The position numbers were made by a program, and so were the translations under genes. Shown here piece by piece: positions 1-8,779 of a DNA stretch of 43,126 nucleotides. Positions within the stretch are counted from its first letter, which is position 1, and each line of letters starts with the position of its first letter. Source of the stretch: an uncultured Eubacteriales bacterium (lineage in GTDB: Bacteria > Bacillota > Clostridia > Oscillospirales > Acutalibacteraceae). The stretch is from NCBI GenBank assembly GCA_948762645.1, contig CAQBRY010000004.1:1-43126 (forward strand), written 5' to 3'. The notes under the pieces are model-generated. The model saw only the letters and a program-made list of their open reading frames with translations, searched no databases and was not told where the DNA came from.

Positions 1-697
1 GTAATGTATGGCCCCCTTTTTTTAAATTCGGTCCAACCAAAACTATCGGACATCCTTCTTCGTCCCATGAAAATTTCTCATCTATTATTTCAAAATCCTT
101 AAACCATTCTGGTTTATCATAAAAAATTTCATGGCATAAATTAAAAATATCTTTTTCCGTCATGCCTGATTTAATATTATTGAAAACATCATCTATAATT
201 TGTAAGGCCCTCTTCGCCGATAGCTTCATATACTCTATATCTTTCTCGCTTTTAGACTCCATTAATCCGCAAATTATATTGTCAGCTGAATGATAAGAAA
301 TCTCCCTTTTATTCTGACTATAAAACTTAGATATCTTACCGGTTAAATAGGAATACAGTCCATGACCTAAAATATCTGTAGATATATCCAGACTATCAGA
401 ATAGTTCAAATATATGTTTTTTGGAAACCTAAGTTTTTCCAGTACTTTCAAAATATTAAACATTAACTTATTACTTTTGTTGCAAATATATATATTACAG
501 TCCAGATCTTTTAAATTATACTCATCAAGTTCATTTACAAATAAATCAACATTATCCCTGCTAACTATACATGCTGATGTTGAACCGGCTTTATCAGTTA
601 TAAACTTTTTAAAATACGGATCGTGATTCTCCACATTATACATAATCCATACATCACTGCTATTGGAAATTATACTTTTTATTTTCTGTCTTATCAT
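1..697 (-). CDS. M24-family metallopeptidase (Xaa-Pro aminopeptidase/dipeptidase-like), 5' part only; gene runs off the left window edge
   Basis: Not in the ORF track. The minus-strand frame is open from ATG at 697 to base 1 (232 codons, hand-translated, no stops): MIRQKIKSIISNSSDVWIMYNVENHDPYF...KSEKDIEYMKLSAKRALQIIDDVFNNIKSGMTEKDIFNLCHEIF...PIVLVGPNLKKGGHTL. This looks like a creatinase/prolidase-N-like region followed by the start of the pita-bread fold. SD AAGGAG lies 9 nt upstream and overlaps the fhs stop. Confidence 0.6.
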   Translation of the reverse strand, partial: MIRQKIKSIISNSSDVWIMYNVENHDPYFKKFITDKAGSTSACIVSRDNVDLFVNELDEYNLKDLDCNIYICNKSNKLMFNILKVLEKLRFPKNIYLNYSDSLDISTDILGHGLYSYLTGKISKFYSQNKREISYHSADNIICGLMESKSEKDIEYMKLSAKRALQIIDDVFNNIKSGMTEKDIFNLCHEIFYDKPEWFKDFEIIDEKFSWDEEGCPIVLVGPNLKKGGHTL

Positions 698-710
698 AAA
701 ATATTACTCC

Positions 711-2378
711 TTAGAACAATCCGGATATTTTACTCTCTTTATCTATGTCAATCTTATTAGCAGCAGGAATTTTTGGAAGTCCCGGCATTGTCAAAATATT
801 TCCGGCATACACTACTATAAATCCCGCACCATTTGAAATAGAAACTTTATTTACTTTAAAAGTATATCCTGAAGGAGCTCCTAATTTTGTCGGATCATCT
901 GATATTGAATATTGAGTTTTTGCAACACATATCGGAAGATTATCTCTTTTTAAAGACTCTATTTTCTTTATATCTTCTAAGGCCTCTTTGGAATAAAATA
1001 CGTCTCCTGCCCTATAAATTTCTCTGGATAAAATGGATATTTTCTCCTTTATACTAATGTCAAGAGGATAAATAAACGAAAAATTACTTTTCTCCTTACA
1101 TGCTTCACAGACTTTATGAGCCAAATCAATAGCTCCATCTCCGCCTTTTGAAAAAACATCTGAAATTACACATTCTGCTTTAATCTTTTTGCAGTAGTCT
1201 ATAATATACCTTATTTCCTCTTCTCTATCCTTATAAAATTTATTTATCGAAACAATAACCGGTACTCCATATTTCCTAAGATTTTCTATATGCACTTTAA
1301 GATTACATATTCCTTTTTCAAGATAATCCATACCTTCCTGGCAAAGTTTATCCACCTGACATCCACCATTATATTTTAAAGCCCTAACAGTAGCTACCAA
1401 AACAATTACAGACGGCTCAATACCGGATACCCTGCATTTAATATCTAAAAATTTCTCTGCTCCTAAATCTGACCCAAACCCGGCTTCAGTAATACAGTAA
1501 TCTGCTAACTTAAGTCCTAACTCAGTAGCCTTGACTGAATTACACCCATGAGCAATATTTGCAAACGGACCTCCATGCATAATGACCGGCGTACCTTCTA
1601 AAGTCTGAACAAGATTAGGTTTTATGGCGTCCTTAAGTAAAGCCGCCATCGCTCCATTGACTTTTAAATCTTTGGCATAAACAGGTTTTCCTTCAAAGTC
1701 ATATGCCACTAAAATATCTCCCAGTCTCCTTTTGAGGTCTAAAATATCGGCAGATAAACAAAGTATTGCCATAACTTCCGTTGCAACTGTTATTATAAAT
1801 CCGTCTTCTCTGGGTACTCCATGTGCCTTTCCTCCAAGGCCAACCACTATATTCCTAAGTTCCCTGTCATTTATATCAAGGCATCTTTTTACTAGAATCT
1901 GTCTGGTATCAATGTTTAAAGAGTTTCCCTGATGTATGTGATTATCAACAGCGGCACACATCAAATTATTTGCTGAAGTTATAGCGTGCATATCACCGGT
2001 AAAATGTAAATTTATGTCTTCCATCGGGAGAACCTGAGAATATCCTCCTCCCGTTGCACCTCCCTTAACTCCAAAAACCGGCCCCAACGATGGTTCCCTA
2101 AGGGTTATAACAGAAGATTTTTTTATTTTTTTCATGGCTTGTCCAAGACCTATTGTTGTGGTCGTTTTTCCTTCTCCCGCCGGAGTAGGATTTACAGCCG
2201 TAACAAGAATCAATTTTCCACTTTTTTTATTTTCTAATTCTACCCCTATTTTATCATCTATTTTTGCTTTAAATTTTCCATAAAACTCTAAATAATTCCC
2301 GTCTATTCCTAAGTCCTTAGCAATTTCCCCTATTTCCCTTGGTACTACATTTTGAGCTATCTCTATATCCGAAAACAT
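711..2378 (-). CDS. fhs: formate--tetrahydrofolate ligase
   Basis: 555 aa, full-length. The N-terminus MFSDIEIAQ...GKFKAKID and the P-loop-like TPAGEGKTTTTIGL are typical of FTHFS. Confidence 0.95.
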   Translation of the reverse strand: MFSDIEIAQNVVPREIGEIAKDLGIDGNYLEFYGKFKAKIDDKIGVELENKKSGKLILVTAVNPTPAGEGKTTTTIGLGQAMKKIKKSSVITLREPSLGPVFGVKGGATGGGYSQVLPMEDINLHFTGDMHAITSANNLMCAAVDNHIHQGNSLNIDTRQILVKRCLDINDRELRNIVVGLGGKAHGVPREDGFIITVATEVMAILCLSADILDLKRRLGDILVAYDFEGKPVYAKDLKVNGAMAALLKDAIKPNLVQTLEGTPVIMHGGPFANIAHGCNSVKATELGLKLADYCITEAGFGSDLGAEKFLDIKCRVSGIEPSVIVLVATVRALKYNGGCQVDKLCQEGMDYLEKGICNLKVHIENLRKYGVPVIVSINKFYKDREEEIRYIIDYCKKIKAECVISDVFSKGGDGAIDLAHKVCEACKEKSNFSFIYPLDISIKEKISILSREIYRAGDVFYSKEALEDIKKIESLKRDNLPICVAKTQYSISDDPTKLGAPSGYTFKVNKVSISNGAGFIVVYAGNILTMPGLPKIPAANKIDIDKESKISGLF

Positions 2379-2472
2379 TTAAAATCCTCCAATTAAAAAA
2401 TATAAAAAATATTATATCATAAACTAAAATTTTAAAAATTAAAAACTAGACATTTAAATTCATAAATATATA

Positions 2473-2481
2473 TGATATAAT
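2473..2481 (+). promoter_or_regulatory. putative extended -10 promoter element (TGaTATAAT) for the SCIFF operon
   Basis: TGATATAAT at 2473-2481, about 37 nt upstream of the scfA TTG start. No good -35 at 17 nt spacing. Confidence 0.35.
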
Positions 2482-2517
2482 ATTGTAGATATCAATTGAT
2501 AAAATGAGGTGATTATT

Positions 2518-2655
2518 TTGAAACATTTTGTAACCATTGCCGAAGGCAACCTACAAAAAGATATGAAAAAAACAGGTTGTGGAGAATGTCAAACATCATG
2601 TCAGTCAGCATGTAAAACTTCTTGTACAGTAGCAAACCAAAAGTGTGAGAAATAA
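2518..2655 (+). CDS. scfA: SCIFF (six cysteines in forty-five residues) ranthipeptide precursor
   Basis: Hand-translated and absent from the ORF track. TTG start with SD AGGTGA at 2507-2512. The product is 45 aa: MKHFVTIAEGNLQKDMKKTGCGECQTSCQSACKTSCTVANQKCEK. It carries the six-Cys GCGECQTSCQSACKTSCTV signature and lies upstream of the cognate radical SAM maturase. Confidence 0.85.
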   Translation: MKHFVTIAEGNLQKDMKKTGCGECQTSCQSACKTSCTVANQKCEK

Positions 2656-2667
2656 AGAGGTTTTATT

Positions 2668-3390
2668 ATGGAAAAAATTAATATTGAAAATTGTTCAAAG
2701 GAAAGTATTTGTCTTATACCTCCTATGGTTTTTAACAGAAAAAAAGCTACTGATACTATAAATGCCGTAAGAAAAAAAAGAAAGATTGATAAGTTAGAAC
2801 AAGCAAAAAAAAATCAAAAAGAAAATTTATTAAGTCGACTGAGTATTAAAAAAAGAAAAGATATTAAAAAAGCAGAAAAAAAACTTTCTAAATTTAATTC
2901 AAAAGTAGAATCTGAGAAAGATAAAAAAGAAGTTTCAGATATATTAAATACGGTTTGCTGTGCTTTGAAAAAATATAGTGACGATTTTACACAACATAAA
3001 GTTAAAGAAACTGTAGATGGTGCCTATAGACTACGTAGAGACCTTAAAAACTATGTTCAAAAAAATTCTAATACTGATACAAGCAAAAAAATCGACAAAT
3101 TTTTAAATGATACTCTTGACAGTTTTCAAGAAAATAGCCGAATCGCAGGAAATGGGGTTAATGGAGTTCAAAACTTTGTAAAAATATTTAGCAATCAAAA
3201 AAGTTTTGAAACGTTTATGAAGGGGGAAAAGGATACTGTTAAGCAATGTATACTTAGAGCAGCAGCAGGGATTAACATTTCGTTCCAAAAAGAGACACTT
3301 CCTGCTTTAAACAAAATAAAAACGTTTTTAAAAGATGCGGAACAAATTCTTAAAGAAATAAATGCAACTTATCAAGGAGCAGTTTTTTAA
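2668..3390 (+). CDS. hypothetical lysine-rich alpha-helical protein inserted between scfA and scfB
   Basis: 240-aa ORF with SD AAAGAGG 7 nt upstream of the ATG. It starts 12 nt after the scfA stop and ends 41 nt before scfB. The N-terminal half is extremely K-rich (RKKRKIDKLEQAKKNQKE...KKRKDIKKAEKK). No signal peptide or TM segment, and no family recognised. Confidence 0.6.
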   Translation: MEKINIENCSKESICLIPPMVFNRKKATDTINAVRKKRKIDKLEQAKKNQKENLLSRLSIKKRKDIKKAEKKLSKFNSKVESEKDKKEVSDILNTVCCALKKYSDDFTQHKVKETVDGAYRLRRDLKNYVQKNSNTDTSKKIDKFLNDTLDSFQENSRIAGNGVNGVQNFVKIFSNQKSFETFMKGEKDTVKQCILRAAAGINISFQKETLPALNKIKTFLKDAEQILKEINATYQGAVF

Positions 3391-3431
3391 AACCGTTTCT
3401 TCATTTTTATTAAAATCAAGGGAACATCTTA

Positions 3432-4796
3432 ATGATACACAAATACAAATTAAATAACTATAATATTTTAATAGACGTAAATAGCGGAGCAATACACATT
3501 ATTGATGATATTTGCTTTGACATACTAGATGTTATAAATAAAGAAAATCTTTATACTTATTCCGAAGATAAATTGATAAGTCAATTTTCGGGGAAATATA
3601 AAAAACAAGATATATTGGAAACTTATCAAGAAATACAAACTATGTTTCAAAATGACAAATTATTTACCGGGGATTTACTTTTTGGAAAAAATACAAAAGA
3701 TAAAATTGTAAATTCTCCAATAAAAGCTATGTGCATAAATATTGCACATGATTGTAATTTAGAATGTGAGTACTGCTTCGCCGCTAAGGGAGATTTTGGC
3801 TGTGGGAGAGAGCTGATGACCCTAGATACAGCTAAAAAGGCTATAGACTTTTTAATAAGTAATTCTGAAAATAGACATAATCTCGAAGTAGACTTCTTCG
3901 GCGGAGAACCCTTAATGAACTTTAATGTGATAAGAGATACCGTTGGATATGCAAGATCTATAGAAAAAAAATTTGGTAAAAACTTTCGATTTACTATAAC
4001 TACAAATGGTATACTTCTAGATGATGAAAAGATAGACTTTATAAACAAGGAAATGGATAACGTAGTTCTATCACTAGACGGCAGAAAAACTATCAATGAC
4101 AAACTAAGATTAACAAAATCAGGTAAAAGTTCTTATGAAATGATAGTTCCAAAATATCAAAAACTTGTAAATAGTAGAAAAGATAAAGATTACTACGTAA
4201 GAGGAACATTTACAAAAAATAATTTGGATTTTTCAAAAGACGTAATCCATATGCATGAATTGGGATTTAAAAATATGTCTATAGAGCCGGTTGTTTCTGA
4301 TCCCCGTCTAAGCTACTCTATTAAAAAAGAAGATCTTGACGCAATTTTTCAGGAATATGAATTGCTAGCAAAAAAAATTATAGAATTAAAGAAAAAAAAT
4401 GAAAAAATAAATTTTTTTCACTTTATGATAGATTTAGAAAAAAGTCCTTGTGCTATAAAAAAATTCAAAGGGTGTGGATGCGGAAATGAATATGTAGCCG
4501 TAACACCCAATGGAGATATTTATCCATGTCATCAGTTCGTCGGACAGGATGAATTTAAAATGGGGAACTTAAATAATAATACGTTTAATCAAGAAATAAA
4601 AAGTAAATTTTCTTCAAACAATATTTATTCTAAAGACGAATGTAAAAAATGCTGGGCAAAATATTTTTGTAGCGGGGGATGTAGTGCTAATAATCTTAAT
4701 TTTGAAAAAAATATTAACATTCCTCACAAAATCTCTTGTGATCTCCAAAAAAAGAGATTAGAATGTGCAATCATGATTAAAGCATGCTGTAGATAA
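3432..4796 (+). CDS. scfB: SCIFF radical SAM/SPASM maturase (thioether-forming, CteB/ScfB type)
   Basis: 454 aa. The N-terminus MIHKYKLNNYNILIDVNSGAIHIIDD is typical of TIGR03974. It has the radical SAM CNLECEYC (CX3CX2C) motif and a C-terminal Cys-rich SPASM region (CGCGNEY...CHQF...CKKCWAKYFCSGGC). Confidence 0.9.
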   Translation: MIHKYKLNNYNILIDVNSGAIHIIDDICFDILDVINKENLYTYSEDKLISQFSGKYKKQDILETYQEIQTMFQNDKLFTGDLLFGKNTKDKIVNSPIKAMCINIAHDCNLECEYCFAAKGDFGCGRELMTLDTAKKAIDFLISNSENRHNLEVDFFGGEPLMNFNVIRDTVGYARSIEKKFGKNFRFTITTNGILLDDEKIDFINKEMDNVVLSLDGRKTINDKLRLTKSGKSSYEMIVPKYQKLVNSRKDKDYYVRGTFTKNNLDFSKDVIHMHELGFKNMSIEPVVSDPRLSYSIKKEDLDAIFQEYELLAKKIIELKKKNEKINFFHFMIDLEKSPCAIKKFKGCGCGNEYVAVTPNGDIYPCHQFVGQDEFKMGNLNNNTFNQEIKSKFSSNNIYSKDECKKCWAKYFCSGGCSANNLNFEKNINIPHKISCDLQKKRLECAIMIKACCR

Positions 4797-4811
4797 GTAT
4801 TACAAGTAAAA

Positions 4812-4844
4812 GGACCACTAAATGAAATTTAGCGGTCTTTTTTT
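4812..4844 (+). terminator. rho-independent terminator after scfB (possibly bidirectional)
   Basis: Hairpin GGACCACTAAAT-GAA-ATTTAGCGGTC followed by TTTTTTT. An A-run upstream could let it also serve the convergent minus-strand gene. Confidence 0.6.
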
Positions 4845-4860
4845 ACCTTTTAACAAAAAT

Positions 4861-5244
4861 TTATGTCACTATTCCTAATTCTCTGGCTAAATTTAAAGTC
4901 CTTTTATAAAATTCATATTGATTGTCAATGTCATCCGGGTTCTGATCACTATATTCGGACCACTTCAATAAAATTTTTTCAAATTCTTCTAATTTTTTTA
5001 TTTCCTCTTGAGAATATTTATCATCGTCAAAATCTTGTTCTGCTAACCATTCTATTATGACTTTCCCTAATTCTTGAAACTCTTTAATTTTCTCTTGAAA
5101 ATATTGACCATTATCACATTCCAATTTAGGTTCATAATTTAATCCAGAACCATTATCTATACCATACACACGAGGAATAAACAAAAAACAAAATATTGAG
5201 CTCAAAAATAATATTATATATTTATTTATAAAAGTATTTTTCAT
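4861..5244 (-). CDS. small secreted acidic protein, unknown function
   Basis: The ORF track gives 4861..5262. The second ATG (5244) has SD AAGGAG 6 nt upstream. Predicted signal peptide MKNTFINKYIILFLSSIFCFLFIPRVYG, then an acidic helical region. Confidence 0.55.
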   Translation of the reverse strand: MKNTFINKYIILFLSSIFCFLFIPRVYGIDNGSGLNYEPKLECDNGQYFQEKIKEFQELGKVIIEWLAEQDFDDDKYSQEEIKKLEEFEKILLKWSEYSDQNPDDIDNQYEFYKRTLNLARELGIVT

Positions 5245-5333
5245 GATAATCTCCTTCTTCATATAATATTAGTATACATCATGATACCAACCATTTCAAA
5301 TTAAAAAATATACTTTGACTGTATACAATAGCA

Positions 5334-5368
5334 TAAAAATATCAGACCAGTAAAATTACTAATCTGAT
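5334..5368 (-). terminator. putative terminator downstream of htrA
   Basis: Imperfect hairpin ATCAGA..TTACTGG/CCAGTAA..TCTGAT, followed on the minus strand by ATTTTTAT. Confidence 0.4.
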
Positions 5369-5378
5369 AGCTAATCAC

Positions 5379-6665
5379 TTATTCACCTTTATCTTCGAGA
5401 AGTTTAACATTTACATCAAAAGTACTTGAATTTGATCTATTCGTAGCAGGACGATATACATTTATCTTAACACTATCTCCAACCTTACATTTAGCAAGCT
5501 CACTATAAAGAACTTCTAAATCGGTAATATTCGAGTCATTAATTTTTGTTATAATGTCTCCTACTTGTACTCCATTTGCCGTAAGATCACTATCTTTGTT
5601 TATCTCAGAAATTATCATTCCTATCGGTACGTTATATATCTGAGACTGATAATGTGAAACCATTTTTCCTGTGAGTCCCAACTTTACTCTTCCCGAAACA
5701 TATCCTTTAGATATTATATCGTCAACAACACTCTTAACAGTATTACTTGGTATAGCAAATCCTACCCCTTCAACCACGTTCCCTACTATCTTAGTAGATG
5801 TTATACCTATTACCTGACCGTACATATTTAAAAGAGGTCCACCGGAATTTCCCGGATTTATTGCTGCATCCGTTTGTATATACTTTACAAAGTGCTGTTT
5901 AGATGAACTTAAGGATCTATTTATAGCTGAGATAGTACCTCTTGTCAAGGAATTTGTAAGTCCTATCGGATTACCTAGAGCTAGAGCCCATTGTCCTATT
6001 CTAACATTATCCGAATTTCCAAACGTGGCAACGGGTAAATCTTTTTTCTCTGCTTTAATAACTGCTAAATCAGTTTTAGTATCGTAACCTACTATCTTTC
6101 CCGGAAATTCCTCTCCTCCGCTTAAAACTATTTTTACATTACTTTGTTTTGAGTCTCCTATAACATGGGAATTTGTTACAATATATCCGTCGCTGCTTAT
6201 AATTATACCCGACCCTTGACCCTTAGGATCTGAAATGATATTTGCCTCAGAATCATAAACTACAACGCCTACAACCGTTGGTGAAACTTTATCATAAACT
6301 TCTTCTGCCGACATTCCTACTCCCTCAGCAGGGGATTCATCTATTACAATACTTGCATCTGAATTTGATGAATCTGAGCTGAAATTACTAGATTCGGAGC
6401 CAGAAGATGAGTCTACTGAAGAACTATTACTATTAAAACCAAAATTAAGGTCGGAATTACTGTTATTTACAATATAAATAAAATAACCAATAAGAGCTGC
6501 CAAAAGTAAAATAAGTATAACCACAGAAGATATTAAAAAAGTCCTTAAATTCTTATCAATCCCGGATGACTGCATGCCTTCATCAGCCTTTGGCTCTTCA
6601 TTAATCTCAATCTCATGTTTTTCTTCATTATTTTTATTATATTCATAATTTTCGTCCACAATCAT
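5379..6665 (-). CDS. htrA: HtrA/DegP-family serine protease (S1C) with N-terminal membrane anchor and C-terminal PDZ domain
   Basis: 428 aa. TM segment TFLISSVVILILLLAALIGYFIYIV, a Ser-rich low-complexity linker, the trypsin-like motifs TNSHV and TDAAINPGNSGGPL, and a PDZ-like C-terminus. Confidence 0.85.
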   Translation of the reverse strand: MIVDENYEYNKNNEEKHEIEINEEPKADEGMQSSGIDKNLRTFLISSVVILILLLAALIGYFIYIVNNSNSDLNFGFNSNSSSVDSSSGSESSNFSSDSSNSDASIVIDESPAEGVGMSAEEVYDKVSPTVVGVVVYDSEANIISDPKGQGSGIIISSDGYIVTNSHVIGDSKQSNVKIVLSGGEEFPGKIVGYDTKTDLAVIKAEKKDLPVATFGNSDNVRIGQWALALGNPIGLTNSLTRGTISAINRSLSSSKQHFVKYIQTDAAINPGNSGGPLLNMYGQVIGITSTKIVGNVVEGVGFAIPSNTVKSVVDDIISKGYVSGRVKLGLTGKMVSHYQSQIYNVPIGMIISEINKDSDLTANGVQVGDIITKINDSNITDLEVLYSELAKCKVGDSVKINVYRPATNRSNSSTFDVNVKLLEDKGE

Positions 6666-6749
6666 TACCTCCTGATTTTAATTTTTTCTTTTTATTATAT
6701 ATTATTTTATATTTACAGGTATGTCAACAAAAACCAACATCGATTTATT

Positions 6750-6793
6750 ACATAAAACATATAAACTTAGTATGTGCTAAATACTAAGTTTAT
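6750..6793 (-). terminator. putative terminator downstream of radC
   Basis: 12-bp stem (ATAAACTTAGTA / TACTAAGTTTAT) starting just after the radC stop, followed on the minus strand by ATGTTTTATG. Confidence 0.5.
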
Positions 6794-6795
6794 AT

Positions 6796-7479
6796 CTAGT
6801 CGACGTTGAAAACTTCATCAAGTCCGCAATCCCTCATGGATACATAATCATCATCTGCAACAATTATATGGTCTAAAAGCGTAACCCTCATATTACGAAG
6901 AACTCTACTTAAATGTCTAGTTGACTCGACGTCTGCCTGAGAGGGTACTGCAACACCACTTGGATGATTATGAGCTAAAATAATCGAGCACGCATTGTAA
7001 AGGACGACAAGCTCAATGATTTTCCTAGAATACATCTCTACAGCATTAACACTACCCTTATTTACAATCCCATCATATATTATTTTACCCTTTGCATCGA
7101 AAAGCATAACGGCAACTGCCTCTATTGTCCTGCCTATAAACTTCAGAGAAAGCTTATCGCACAAACTTTTTAGCTCCATACTATGATTTACTGTACTAAA
7201 TTTTCTTTCAGAGTATAATCGCGTAAGTTCCGGTATAAGTTTTACAAATATGGCAACAGACTCTCCTATGCCCTCTACTTCCTTTAGCAAATTTATAGGT
7301 GCATCAAAAATAGCAGGTATAGATCCAAAAGTATTTAAAAGCCTATGTGCTATTTCATTTGTATCCTTTCTGGGAACAGCATAAAATAACATTAGTTCTA
7401 AAACTTCATGGTCTTCAAAATTATCTAGGCCATGAGATATAAATTTTTTTCTTATTCTTTGTCTATGTCCTTCATGCAT
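6796..7479 (-). CDS. radC: RadC-family JAB/MPN-domain protein
   Basis: HNHPSG JAMM-like motif, an HhH-like N-terminal region and an MHEGHRQRIRKKF start. The track ORF begins at TTG 7488; the first ATG is at 7479. Confidence 0.85.
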   Translation of the reverse strand: MHEGHRQRIRKKFISHGLDNFEDHEVLELMLFYAVPRKDTNEIAHRLLNTFGSIPAIFDAPINLLKEVEGIGESVAIFVKLIPELTRLYSERKFSTVNHSMELKSLCDKLSLKFIGRTIEAVAVMLFDAKGKIIYDGIVNKGSVNAVEMYSRKIIELVVLYNACSIILAHNHPSGVAVPSQADVESTRHLSRVLRNMRVTLLDHIIVADDDYVSMRDCGLDEVFNVD

Positions 7480-7533
7480 ACTCAACAATCTTCTGGTTCT
7501 TATCAGATTTTAATAATATAAGATAACAATTTA

Positions 7534-7773
7534 TCAGCACTTCTTAGAGCAATATAATATCTCAGATCCGTCATAAGGTGATCTCGCCCAAACACAATTA
7601 TGACAAATATCTAAGCTTATACACATGTTACTGGGCCTAAAACAACCACAGTCACATCTCTGGCTACAAGAAACCATACAAAACTTATTACCAACACATT
7701 TTTCTATTTTGCTAACAAAATTTGTATTTTGTAAATTTATAATATCTTTGTTGTTTTTCAAGGGATTCGACAT
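7534..7773 (-). CDS. small cysteine-rich protein, unknown function
   Basis: 79 aa with 11 Cys in the C-terminal 54 residues (CVGNKFCMVSCSQRCDCGCFRPSNMCISLDICHNC...CSKKC). No family recognised. Confidence 0.5.
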   Translation of the reverse strand: MSNPLKNNKDIINLQNTNFVSKIEKCVGNKFCMVSCSQRCDCGCFRPSNMCISLDICHNCVWARSPYDGSEILYCSKKC

Positions 7774-7857
7774 TTTTATCCCTCCAAACCTATTATTAAC
7801 AAAAAGATTTTACTATAATTTAAGTATTTTGTCAATTTAACATTTGTTAAAAAGATA

Positions 7858-8121
7858 TTATTTATGAGCATATTTATATTTTGTAGCCATACCGCCTCTT
7901 ATGTGTCTTTGAGACTTATTAATCTCTAATATTTTTTTCACATCTTCGTGTAAAGATAAATCTATGTGTTTAAGTCTCTCTGCAACATCTTTATGTACCG
8001 TACTTTTACTCACACCAAACTTATTTGCCGCACATCTTACAGTAGCTTTATTCTCTACAATATATTCTCCAAGTCTTACTGCCCTTCGTTCGACAATGTC
8101 CTTCAAGTATAAAACCCCCAT
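7858..8121 (-). CDS. spoIIID: sporulation transcriptional regulator SpoIIID
   Basis: GEYIVENKATVRCAANKFGVSKSTVHKDVAERL...NKSQRHIRGGMATKYKY aligns closely with B. subtilis SpoIIID. The real start is probably the TTG at 8106 (MKDIVERR...), with GGGGG 8 nt upstream. A sigma-E-like -10 (CATACATA) lies at 8144-8151. Confidence 0.85.
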   Translation of the reverse strand: MGVLYLKDIVERRAVRLGEYIVENKATVRCAANKFGVSKSTVHKDVAERLKHIDLSLHEDVKKILEINKSQRHIRGGMATKYKYAHK

Positions 8122-8178
8122 ATAAAAACATTCGATTAATTTATATGTATGGTTTTAAAAAATATTACAAAAAAAGCA

Positions 8179-8208
8179 TTGATATTCTAAAACATTTTAA
8201 ATTATAAT
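8179..8208 (+). promoter_or_regulatory. putative sigma-A promoter (TTGATA-18-TATAAT)
   Basis: Consensus-like hexamers about 30 nt upstream of the 8240 start. Confidence 0.4.
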
Positions 8209-8239
8209 AATAGACATATTAACAATAGGAGGTGATATA

Positions 8240-8680
8240 ATGAAATTAAAACTAAAAGTAATGCTTACAGTGGTTGCTATGTTTTTTTGTTTTATTAGTC
8301 CCGCATTTGCTGACAATTGTATAGCAATAATAACATGTTCTAACAAAAAAGAAGCTAGAGAATTAGCCTACGACTATACAAAAAGAGGTTATATGGCTAA
8401 AATTTCCCAGATAAGTGATGATCATTATGAGGTTTGTGCATATGATGACTCAGGCAGCGATATTCCAAAGCCACAAATATTTGGGTCCATGGAAAAAGCA
8501 CAATACGTAGGCACATATTTTTTTTCTACTTCCGAAAAAGCGGATAAATTTGTAAACAAAATGCGCCGTGAAAATTTAATCGCTCATAGAGATGATGAAC
8601 CCTGTCGCATTATTGATTATGTTAAGGATGAACCCAGTGCCATTATTACATGGAAACCTCGTGTTTGTGTTTATATTTAA
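8240..8680 (+). CDS. secreted protein, unknown function (two weakly SPOR-like beta-alpha-beta units)
   Basis: 146 aa. SD GGAGGTGA, signal peptide ending AFA/DN and 6 Cys. No confident family. Confidence 0.5.
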   Translation: MKLKLKVMLTVVAMFFCFISPAFADNCIAIITCSNKKEARELAYDYTKRGYMAKISQISDDHYEVCAYDDSGSDIPKPQIFGSMEKAQYVGTYFFSTSEKADKFVNKMRRENLIAHRDDEPCRIIDYVKDEPSAIITWKPRVCVYI

Positions 8681-8684
8681 AAAT

Positions 8685-8716
8685 AAAACCACGTATTATA
8701 TACGTGGCTTTATTTT
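8685..8716 (+). terminator. rho-independent terminator
   Basis: CCACGTA-TTATA-TACGTGG hairpin followed by CTTTATTTT. Confidence 0.6.
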
Positions 8717-8779
8717 ATAGCTAAAATCACAGCTTAACCATTTTTATGTTTAAACATAATATAGTTATGAGGTGATTAT

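Noticed and set aside
414-626. 70-aa plus-strand ORF in the first 700 bp
   Set aside because: It lies antisense inside the much longer open minus-strand frame encoding an M24-type peptidase. The sequence is low-complexity L/S/I-rich, typical of shadow ORFs in AT-rich DNA.
8144-8151. Sigma-E-type promoter call for spoIIID (CATACATA -10)
   Set aside because: The -10-like element is suggestive, but I could not place a convincing -35 at the correct spacing. It is mentioned only in the spoIIID evidence, not reported as a feature.
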